A stretch of DNA of 64,000 bases from assembly GCF_006345805.1 (NCBI RefSeq), contig NW_021833676.1, positions 10,597 to 74,596 of the forward strand, written 5' to 3'. Both the position numbers and the translations under genes were made by a program. This document shows positions 53,391-64,000 of this stretch, one piece after another. This DNA is from Octopus sinensis (lineage: Eukaryota). Position 1 is the stretch's first letter. Every line of letters begins with the position of its first letter. Below the pieces are notes generated by a model. It saw only the letters and a list, made by a program, of their open reading frames with translations. It did no database searches and had not been told where the DNA came from.

Positions 53391-53805
53391 TACTATGCTC
53401 ACGCATCAGTACTATCTGCTAATAAGTGGAACACGGAATTACAGAAGTGGCTATATATGTGCTTGTGTGTGTGATTGTGTATCTGTGTGTGTATGTGTGT
53501 ATGTGTCTCTAGCTGTGACTATGGGTGTGTGCGAGCGCATGTGTGTATGTATACATGGATGAGTGCGTATAAATGTTACGCTATATATCGCAGTGTTATC
53601 TTTTGCGATCTGTATTCAAAGTAAAGCATTGATTATAAAATGGTAGATTTGCAGACAGATAAAGAAATGGAATTGTCTCAAAAGAGTAGAACTCCTCGCC
53701 TGTAATAGTTCCAGCCGGAATTGGGAAAATGTAATGATCATGAAGGTATTGATCGTCTAGCGTATACAAACATAGATATACTCAGACACACACAGGCAAA
53801 TACAG

Positions 53806-53872
<67 letters not shown>

Positions 53873-53928
53873 ACTATGTGAAGTATGTGTGTATGTTCTA
53901 TAATATGTATACGTACGTACATACATAC

Positions 53929-53990
<62 letters not shown>

Positions 53991-53991
<1 letters not shown>

Positions 53992-54406
53992 CGTGACGTA
54001 TTTTTGCCATTTCAATGTGGCTAACCCCTAAGGGTGGATGCTACTGTAGTTTTTAGCCCCAGGAGGACACACTCCTCCAGCTGGCCATAGACACACTATC
54101 TGTGTCCTGTCAGTATTTGCAAAGGGAAGTCATCCTTCCCGTCTTCAACTTATGATACACACGGACTCGAGTTTCGAGGTATTGACCTCTCGTCAGCGTG
54201 TGACAATCATAGTTGTCGCCGAGAGTTAGATTTCCTTCGCAAATACTTATACTTTTTCCAGCGTCCACTGTCGCTGATATTGAAAAAGTGAAATCAAACA
54301 ATGATAAATATCAAAGTGAGTTATATACAGTAGCGGTAACACATCGTGACGTATTTTTGCCATTTCAATATGACTAACCCCTAAGGGTGGATGCTACTGT
54401 AGTTTT
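53991..54406 (-). mobile_element. Retrozyme-like / Penelope pLTR-derived element: 353-nt unit with 63-nt terminal direct redundancy
   Basis: 53991-54053 recurs at 54344-54406 (2 mismatches). It contains the canonical hammerhead and a long predicted stem, and both flanks are (TA)n. Confidence 0.75.
54158..54202 (-). ncRNA. Type I hammerhead ribozyme, canonical core, GUC cleavage site
   Basis: Minus: CACACG-CUGACGA-GAGGU CAAU ACCUC-GAAA-CUCGAGU-C-CGUGUG. It has a 6-bp stem I, a 5-bp stem II with G10.1-C11.1, and an 8-nt palindromic stem III ACUCGAGU. Predicted cut between 54164 and 54163. Confidence 0.92.
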
Positions 54407-54583
54407 ATATATATATATATATATGAATATAAATATGTGTTTGTACACAAGGATATATAAGTGTGTGTATTTTGAAATATATGTACATATAATACAGAAT
54501 ATACCTAAGATATATATTTGTATATATGTGTATATATATATTTGTACATATATATTATATATATATATTACCATATATATAAC

Positions 54584-54618
<35 letters not shown>

Positions 54619-54637
54619 ATATATATAATATATACAT

Positions 54638-54668
<31 letters not shown>

Positions 54669-54674
54669 ATATAA

Positions 54675-54739
<65 letters not shown>

Positions 54740-55598
54740 TATATATAGATATATAGATATATATATATAGGGTAACCTTGTAGAAACGGTTTTCATCAGC
54801 CGCCCGACTTTACTACAAGATCAAATTCCTTTTTCTTCATCTAATAAGACCGTAAGTTAAATATAGTCAACTTCCTGTTTCTATTCATGATTTTTCTGCC
54901 ATATTACCAACCAATTCTTTGAAAATATTTCTATATTTTTGTTCTAAAAAATATTTCATTAATTCCGTTATTTATTGTTTTTCATTGTTTACTTATTTTT
55001 TGAGCGAAATATTTTTTTAAAAATAACATCATTTCATCTAAATAAATATATCGAAAGAAAAAAAAAATAATTGCACTGAAGTATTCCAAGAACTATTGAT
55101 AAAACTCTATTGAGTGGAAGAAGCGTGGGGTGCATAAGTAAATTCTAGAAAATAAGGAAATTGAAATATTTTCGTAAGGTATTACAAATTTCAAAATACA
55201 TTTTGTCTAAAATTGACATAGATAAACAACGTAATTTCAGGCAAAAAATAAAAGGAAATGACTAATTTAAAAGTGAAAGAACAAAGTATTTGAAATACAA
55301 GAAACACTGATTGAAATGTAATAATCAATTATTATTTTCTTTGGTCTAATTCAAAAGGAAAATGAAAAAATATAAACTTAAAAAATATAAACTTACCTAA
55401 AATTTTTTGCCGGAAAACTGGGTTACGGTATCGCATAAAAGACAGAAATAATTGTTTTTAAATATTATCCTCTACCTACCTCCAAATATCTCGAATTTCA
55501 GGATTTCTGCTAGAAATTTAGGGGAGGGACTTAATCCATACCATCAACCACCAAAAGGTAACTCGTAACCTATTCAATTCTTTATTACCCACAACCTA

Positions 55599-55827
55599 TT
55601 TCTTTACTACCCACAAGGGGCTAAACACAGAGAGGACAAACAAGAACAGACAAACGGATTAAGTCGATTATATCGACCCCAGTGCGTAACTGGTACTTAT
55701 TTAATCGACCCCGAAAGGATGAAAGGCAAAGTCGACCTTAGCGGAATTTGAACTCAGAACGTAGCGGCAGACAAAATATCGCTAAGAATTTCGCCCGGCG
55801 TGCTAACGTTTCTGCCAGCTCGCCGCC
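55599..55827 (-). mobile_element. tRNA-derived SINE, family C, intact with 17-bp TSD
   Basis: TSD TTATTACCCACAACCTA at 55582-55598 and 55828-55844. Colinear with 27597-27816. Confidence 0.92.
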
Positions 55828-57378
55828 TTATTACCCACAACCTAGCATCCCTATTGTGGACCCTAGCCTTCAAAACCAATATTATTTTAGATTTAATCAA
55901 TGTCATAGATTATAAGAAGCATTACGGTTGCTGTACAACGTATAATTTGTAGTCTTTACCTTCATAAATTTATTGTCTGAGTTCAAAAGCTGTAGGAGAA
56001 ATTCGTCTAAATTCGAGGCGGTTAGAATAAAGAATTTGACAAATGGTTGGGCTTGATACAAAAGTAAGATCAGTGCCCCACTAACTTGAGCCTTGTGTGG
56101 TAAATCAATGATATTGAAAATCGATATAGCATCATATATAGTCAGAATTTGTAAATTAGCAGTGACAATTCATTTCAATTTTGGATCACATTGATATGAT
56201 CTCAGTAGAAGTTGAAAACCGAAGGAGTCAAATCTACATTCTATACATCCGTGGCCGATTAAATAACCACGTACTAGCTTCGACCAAATCGACTGTTCCT
56301 TCGTGATGGTTCGCCAATATAAAGAAATAATGTAGTAGAAAGTTAAAAGCTTATTAAACGACTCATTGTGTATAGTGATTGCACATCATTACTGCACGTC
56401 ATTATCATCTAATTATATTTTAGTAACATATAATTCACCAATCCATTCACCTCTTCATACACACCTACTCACAAACATCGACACTGCATTACCGTTCGCT
56501 GCGTAGTCGTCACTAAATCGCAATTCACCTTCTATTATCGGTCAGTAAAAGGTTGTACATTCCTGAAAACTCAAAGCCATTAGTTACCGTATCCGTTGTA
56601 TGTGTTGTCACATTAAACAGAAAGATTCACTTAAATCAGCGATTTACAATTGATTCCTATTAAAAGGAGAGGACAACGAAGCTTCTTGCTGCTACCATTT
56701 ACCAAAAGCCATTTAAGATTCCAAGTCAACAATATATATTTGTTAGCGAAATATCTTCTCGTGCAGAACCGAACTTTACACAACGGTGTTGTCAATTTGA
56801 CATATACTATAGCACTAACTTGCAATTTCCTTTTTCTATTTGTATAACATTGAAACATAAAACCCCTCACTTTTAAAATCAGTAAATGAAACGTTGTAAC
56901 TTTATGTTGTTCAAATCGATAGAAAACAAACTACGACTGTCTGTTCGTCGCCAATGTTGTAGTTATATTGTTATCTAATTGTTTATCTCTGATTTACCTG
57001 TCAAAATAAGAAGAAAATAACATGAAAGGAGCGTGCTAAAACGAGTCGTTTCACTCCTATTTATTCATTAATCGACTTTCTGCGTCTTTCTTTTTATAGA
57101 AACGCTATTTCAGCTTTGATGTCCGACCCATGCCCTCAGATTAAACATACGCACACGCACACACCGAATGCGGCACACGTACACACATAGAGGAATGACC
57201 GTACCGCTGAGAAGTTTCTTTCCAAGCCGTTGCGGTTTCGGCTCGAAGCCCTCTGTGTGGTCTCTTTTGCAAATGGGTTCTACTATAAACGAGAGTCGGT
57301 CACGAGACTTGCCAGTTGATTATGCAAACGGAAACTGATAGCAACCCGTCGCCTACAAGTGTATATATATATATATAT

Positions 57379-57410
<32 letters not shown>

Positions 57411-57411
57411 A

Positions 57412-57612
57412 TAATGGGAAGGTTTACGAAATTAAACAAAGACGAAGGCAGGTGGAGTACAAACAAACAAATGTATCAGTATGGCGCTCAGGAATAGAAA
57501 TAGAAAAAGTCTTTTACGTTTCGAGCCGACGCTCTTCGACAGAAAGGTACACAGAAAAAAACAAGGAGAGAAACAAGGAGAGAAAAAAATGCGTGTAGGA
57601 CTAACGATCTAT
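57412..57612 (-). mobile_element. Penelope-like pLTR-type fragment with variant hammerhead-like motif (57510-57547)
   Basis: Minus CCTTTCTGTCGAAGAGCGTCGGCTCGAAACGTAAAAGAC. Homologous to 13636-13878 and next to (TA)n. Confidence 0.55.
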
Positions 57613-57621
57613 CATATATAT

Positions 57622-57745
57622 CCTTTTACTCGTTGCAGTCATCTTATTGCGGCCATGTTGGGGCACTGCGTTAAAGGATTTCAGTCGAGCAAGTCGATCG
57701 AAGGACTTACAGTTTTAAGTACTTATTATTTTGCCAGGCGGGAAA
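57622..57745 (-). mobile_element. Family A SINE 3' fragment
   Basis: TGCGGCCATGTTGGGGCACTGC...TCAGTCGAGCAAGTCGA matches 305-355. Confidence 0.6.
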
Positions 57746-57999
57746 GTAGACACACTTGCCAAACTCCTAAACTGACCAGGATGTATCTTGTTGGACTTTC
57801 AATGGCCGAAGCAAGAGGCCGTCATTAATTTGGCTATTGTGTATGTATCCGAGTGAGCGCACGCCTGTATGTGTGTGTATGTGTGTGTTTGTGTGTGTAT
57901 GTCTGTATGTGTGTGTTTGTACGTGTATCGGTGTCCATGTTTACATTTACCGGCATAGTGTCTGTATCAAAATACATGTATGTCAAACAGTAAAACGTA

Positions 58000-58132
58000 G
58001 CAGTTCGATGAATAGAAAATGGATCAGTTAAGTCCCAGACTAAAACAATTATAGACTTTGTTTTTATCGATCAAAACACAACTTTAAATGGTGCTACTGC
58101 ATGGTCACCGTCCAATGACAGAAACTATGAGA
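58000..58132 (+). mobile_element. Family A SINE 3' fragment, diverged
   Basis: GGTGCTACTGCATGGTCACCGTCCAATGACAGAAAC resembles the family A tail. Confidence 0.5.
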
Positions 58133-58639
58133 GCGATGATGTATAACTTCAACCTAGTATAAGAATTTTATACGACTTCACATCGTTTTTAGCAATTTAT
58201 TTATTATGTAAGGAACATTTCCTATTTGTGCAATAAAAACTGCTTCCACGACAAAACAGAAAGTGGCATAAAATGTCTTGATTTTTTATCTGTTAGAATT
58301 GAATTTCAAATTCCAACTTATTCTTCTTTATGCGTAATGCTCGCATTACACATGAATGCATTGGTCTTCTGTTGGGTCCATTTCGCCAATATATTAGTCA
58401 TTTCTTGAGGTATTTCACACTTAGAAATCGATAAGTTTAAGTATTGATTTTTACACTCATGCTCATTGGAAATTGTATATATGAGATTGCTGTGAGAGAT
58501 TGTGGCGAAAAGTTTTACTTGTATATCGGTAAAAACACATATTTAATAAATAACATCGATAACCAATATATTTTTACTCTTAAGAAACATTTGAAATATA
58601 TATTATTTATATTATTTACATTTGACGGATATGCCCGTG

Positions 58640-58730
58640 GGCATATGGCGTGGTGGTTAAGAGTGAGGGCTACTAACCACAAGATTCCGAGTTCGATTCC
58701 AAGCAGTGACCGGAATAATAATAATAATAA
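58640..58730 (+). mobile_element. Short tRNA-like SINE head with (AAT)n tail
   Basis: A box TGGCGTGGTGG and B box GAGTTCGATTCC. The anticodon stem does not pair, so this is not a functional tRNA. Confidence 0.6.
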
Positions 58731-59582
58731 TAGATTGGATCTTATTCCTTCCCTTTAGGATCAGTCTCAGTCTGCGCAACTACTCCAATAGCAATAATAA
58801 TAATAATAATAATGATAATAATCTGGTGTGTTTGGGGAGAGTCATTCTCTTTTAGTGCCTTATTATTTAACACACGCACCGGTAAAATTTCCACTTATTT
58901 CTTATTTCTAATTTCTAAAATTTTCGTTGCGTTTTGCAACCTTTTCAATAATCTTGACTCTCTCCGTTATTTACATTGCGTTCCCTTTTGTTTGTTTGTG
59001 CGCATGTGTGTGGGTCAGTGTGTGTGTGTGCCTATACATGCATACATGTACGTATGTATGTGTATGTCTTTGCATGTGTATGTATATATATAGGTGTGTG
59101 TATGCATATGGGTGGATATATGTGTGTGCATCTGTATGTACGTATCCTGCATATTTATGTGCTTGCCTGTCCGTGTTTGTGAATTTTCTATGTATGTTTG
59201 TGTGAGCATGTGTTTGTATATGTATGCACCTCTGTCCCCTTGTGTGTGCATATCTGTGTGTGTGTGTATTATGTAACTATGTACCATGTTTGTATGTATG
59301 GATGTACATCTTTATATGTGTGGATCCGTGTCTGTTCATATAGTCTATATACCTATCCGTCTGTATATTGATCTGTTTATTGATATATCTAAATGCTTAC
59401 ATACAGAAAAAAAAAATTAGGTAGTAAATTCGAAACAACGAATAGAGGAAGTTGACTGAAGTTGTCACGAATCGTTTGATTACTTTTGATAAGAATATGG
59501 CTGCGGAAGCTGACACTTCCCATCATACCCAGAAAAATAAGTCATGAGTTTTCATTTAATAATAATAATAATAATCGTAGTA

Positions 59583-59745
59583 GTGGCTGTGTGGTAAGTA
59601 GCTTGTTTACCAACCAAATGGTTCCTGGTTCAGTCCCACTGCGTGGTATCTTGGGCAAGTGTCTTCTACTATAACCTCGAGTCGACCAAAGCCTTGTGAG
59701 TGGATTTGGTAGACGGAAACTGAAAGAAGCACGTCGTATATGTAT
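59583..59745 (+). mobile_element. Family A SINE, 5' half
   Basis: AGTGGCTGTGTGGTAAGTAGCTTG...CTTGGGCAAGTGTCTTCT...GACGGAAACTGAAAGAAGC. Confidence 0.85.
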
Positions 59746-61040
59746 GTGTGTTTGCACAGAATGGCAGTAATTTCGAAACAACAGATAGGGGAAGTTGACC
59801 GAAGTTGTATCGAGTTGTTTGATTACTTTTGATAAGAATATTCCATCTAAGGCAAACATTAGATATATTGAAATTAACGTATAGTTTGCAGTATATGAGC
59901 ATGTTTACAATTTATAAAATGCCAAAAAAAAAAAACATTATATGTATAGCATAGCCTGTATATTATATTCATCGAAACACCTATTCCGTACAACCACCCG
60001 TTAGGGATTGTACTCATTTCATTAATGTTCACTCCCATATATGTGTGTGCGAGTGTTTGTTTGTGTGTGCGTGTGTATGTGCGTACGCGAGTGTGCGCAC
60101 GTGTGTGTGGGGTGCGATGTAATTGCACAGGCGTATCTAGGAGAATTTTACTGAAGTACATTAGGAATAGCGAAAAACAGGAGTAGTTTGAAGGGGAGAG
60201 CTCTTACGGATATTTGGAATTCAAGCCTACAATATAAACAAAATACCGGATATTCTATGGTAAGATGATATTTTATCAGCACAAATGTGAGTGGCAAAAT
60301 GGAAAGAAAATTGCCTAAGTTTTATTGTTTGTTTTTGTGTATTTTTCTTTCTTTTTCTTTTTGGTTGTTCCTTATTCACAAAATGGATACCTTAACGGAA
60401 GAAGTGTTTTTTTTGTTTCTCTTTTGCATCGCTGATATTGTAGCACAAATATTTGGCTGAAATGGCAGATGAAAAGATATGTTCACAACCCATGTTTACG
60501 ATGGCTTTTTCCCTGAGTTTCTTTCTGATATATTGGCAACAGAATAGCATTAGTTTCAGTTTAACTTCAACAAAACTGCGAATATATCCTGATATATTTT
60601 AACGTCATAAACCAAAGACATACCGTGAATATAATTGTTGCTGTAGGTACAATATGAGATGATAAATATATATCGATGAGTTCTATCGAGTTCACACGGC
60701 CTTTGTTGCAGTACGTTATATAACTTCGCAGTTACATTAAAGACAAGCAACCTCAACCGAAATATGATTTAAGACGAAGACCCTTCTATTTCCGACGAAC
60801 GAATCACGTTTACTGTATATTTTCTTGCAAAATAGATTCAGCAAATATTCTAGTTACAGACGAAATTCCTTTGATCCATCAAATTAGCATTCCTTGGTAT
60901 ATTTTTCTATTTTCGCTGTATTTTAAAGAAATTCTCTTTGAATAAACGGAAATATCTGTATTTCGTGCAGACACAAAGTATCGGGGGGCATGGAAATACT
61001 AGGAAACACTGACACGGCGTCAGAATACGTTGGATGCATG

Positions 61041-61082
<42 letters not shown>

Positions 61083-61768
61083 ACAATCAATGGTGCGTGC
61101 TGGTAATGTAGTTAAGAGAGTTCAGTTTACGTTTTTTAATATCAGTATCGCCTCAGTGGGAAATTAAATACGATTCTCTGGCAGACTAAAATGTTAGAAT
61201 TATTTTCGATAGAACTGTGCAAAAACAGTCCAGAAAGAATGTCTCTATTATATATTTAAGTTCCACTATTATTTCTCTTTTGATAATTTTTTTCTTTCCT
61301 CCATTTTTACTTTATCTAATAGGAATAATATAAATGACCTAAGAATAATAATAATTGATTTCTTTGTATACATATATATATATATATCTACATATAAATG
61401 TATATATATGTATTTCTGTATATTTATGTATATGAATATGTAAAACTGTGTGTATATGTACGTATTTATATTTATAACTTAAACTTGTGAACTTTCTAAA
61501 CTCTCTGACGAAGCCCAAAATTACACCCGCGTACCTTAATCTTATCTACCAAATACGTCATTTCACTGAAGGGATGGGAGTAAAGTGGGGTACTATGACC
61601 TCTTGGTTGACACAGCTGTAAGATACTATTCTACTTCCTATGTTCTACGTTATATATTTTAGTAAGTACTGGTATTTTCATATTTTATACATTTATATAT
61701 GTAAAGTATAATATGCTATACATGTATGTATATTGTTAAGTTTTTCTTTTAAATTAGTCATGATATAA

Positions 61769-61870
<102 letters not shown>

Positions 61871-61983
61871 ATCTATCTATCTATCTTATCTATATTATCT
61901 ATCTATCTATTTATCTAGCTATATGTCTGTCTATTTGTCTGTCTCAGTCTATCTCGCTCGCTTTCTTTGTCTCTCCCATTCTC

Positions 61984-62014
<31 letters not shown>

Positions 62015-62479
62015 GTATATAATAAACCCTGGTCCTAGAGAAGCTAGAAGTGATGTCTACGCATGTCTTTGTCTTACCTGTTACAAAGAAGAGAACCGAA
62101 AATTCGATCTTACGCCTTCTATTGGTTCCTCTTGAAATTCAGTGTTCTCGTAATTCTTGGTTTTGATCAAATATTAAATTTTGAATTTCCCGATTAGAGG
62201 CGTCTGTAAAGAAGGGGAGAGTGCGAAAGAGAGTGTTAGAGAGGGAGACAGAAGGCGAAACAGAATAAGAGAGAGAGGAGAGAGATATAGACTAAGATAG
62301 AGATACCCACGAGCGCACACACGTGCACATACACACGCATACAAAGCAGACACAAAATTACACGTGCACATACATATATACACACACACAGACATATATA
62401 TTGCATACATACGCATATCGGTGTGTGCTTCATATATATATATATATATATCTATATATATATATATATATATATATAC

Positions 62480-62510
<31 letters not shown>

Positions 62511-62522
62511 ATGTATTATATA

Positions 62523-62554
<32 letters not shown>

Positions 62555-62559
62555 GTTAT

Positions 62560-62600
<41 letters not shown>

Positions 62601-62647
62601 TGTATATTATATGTATACATGTATATATGTATATATACACATATAAC

Positions 62648-62695
<48 letters not shown>

Positions 62696-62719
62696 ATATA
62701 TATATATAATATATATCTA

Positions 62720-62752
<33 letters not shown>

Positions 62753-63039
62753 GTATCTATGCACACATATAAATATATATGTGTGTTATAAATACGTACA
62801 TATATGTATATCTCTGCGTACATACATAGACATACGTGTGTATCTTTGGTTTTATATTGTAAGACTTGATTACGATATTATCCAATGAGTTTCTTACACG
62901 TAATAACTGTTATGTTCATGCGGAATTTTGACGATTCCAGTTAAAACTATAATTAGTGTCAGTAAGAAAAGCGGTTATAATTGTGAAATAGTTTTATATT
63001 ATAGTGTAGGGAGAAGCTACTATTGCTACTAATAATATC

Positions 63040-63182
63040 TGTATTATTAGTAGTGGTGGTAATGCTAGTATTAGTATTAAAGATGATGATGCTCATTGTA
63101 ATAAATAATAATAATAATGATAATAATAATAATAATAATATAATAATAATAATATAAAAATATAATAATAGTAATAATAATA

Positions 63183-63258
<76 letters not shown>

Positions 63259-63345
63259 AATCAACATCAACAACATTATCATCATCATCATCATCATGAA
63301 CAATGTCGTCGTCATCGTTGTCATCATCATCATCATCATCACCAA
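63040..63345. repeat. Compound trinucleotide array (AGT/AAT/AAG/ATC)
   Basis: Seen directly. Confidence 0.9.
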
Positions 63346-63452
63346 CTAATTGGAGATTAGAGATGAACAGAATAGTACGCAGTTAAAAAAGGGTCTGTGA
63401 GTCTGTGAATACGTATGTATGTATGTACGTATGTATGTAGGTATGTATGTAT

Positions 63453-63783
63453 GAAGGCGCGTGGCTCAGTGGTTAGAGCGTCGAGCTTACGATCATGAGG
63501 TTGTGAGCTCGAATCCCGGACCGGGCTGCGTGTTGTGTTCTTGAGCAAGGCACTTTATTTCACGTTGCTCCAGTTCACTCAGCTGTAGAAATGAGTTGCG
63601 ACATCACGGGTGCCAAGCTGTATCGCCCCTTTGCCTTTCCTTGGACAACATCGGTGACGTGGAGAGGGGAGGCCGGTATGCATGGGCGACTGCTGTCTTC
63701 CATAAACAACCTTGCCCAGACTTGTGCTCAGAGAGTAACTCTCTAGGTGCAAACCCATGGTCAGTATCTGACCGAAGGGGGTC
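63453..63783 (+). mobile_element. tRNA-derived SINE, family D, full length
   Basis: A box TGGCTCAGTGG, B box-like GCTCGAATCCC and central TTGAGCAAGGCACTTTATTTCACG. The 3' part is shared with 36327-36510. Confidence 0.85.
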
Positions 63784-64000
63784 AATATAATATAAAACAA
63801 ATATAATATATATATATATATATATAATATAATATTTATATATATTATATATACACATATATGTATTCATAAATATATTTGAGAGAGAAAGATGGAGAGG
63901 GGAAGGGAGAGGGAGAGAGAGAGGGAAACTTAGAGGTAAAATTATTAAATGCAATTTCATGAATGATGTAAAATTGATGCAGTTTGTGCGTGTAGGTATA

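Noticed and set aside
54768-55431. Possible hAT MITE (TAGGGTAACC ... GGTTACGGTA)
   Set aside because: The TIR match is short and imperfect, and no 8-bp TSD was seen.

Overview
AT-rich, microsatellite-saturated eukaryotic DNA with no confidently identifiable host protein-coding gene. The repeat landscape resembles an octopus (cephalopod) genome; this is an inference from memory, not a database result. Most ORFs in the supplied track are translated (AT)n/(AC)n/(ATCT)n/(AAT)n arrays. The recognisable content is mobile DNA: about five tRNA-derived SINE families (four copies with clean 11-17 bp TSDs), 3' fragments of three CR1-like LINEs, an RTE LINE ending in three C2H2-like fingers, an R4/Dong-like endonuclease remnant with a (TAA)n tail, a decayed gag/ORF1-like gene, mariner and hAT remnants, and a non-autonomous Helitron. 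The most notable signal is a set of minimal type I hammerhead ribozyme motifs with palindromic stem III, in several short element families embedded in (TA)n arrays. The best is a canonical hammerhead on the minus strand at 54158-54202 (GUC site). It sits at the tip of a long predicted rod-like stem inside a 353-nt unit with a 63-nt terminal redundancy (53991-54406), an architecture matching a retrozyme or Penelope pLTR-derived element. A second family forms fold-back elements with hammerheads (29733-29977, 37871-38076). Ribozyme activity and circRNA production are inferred, not shown.
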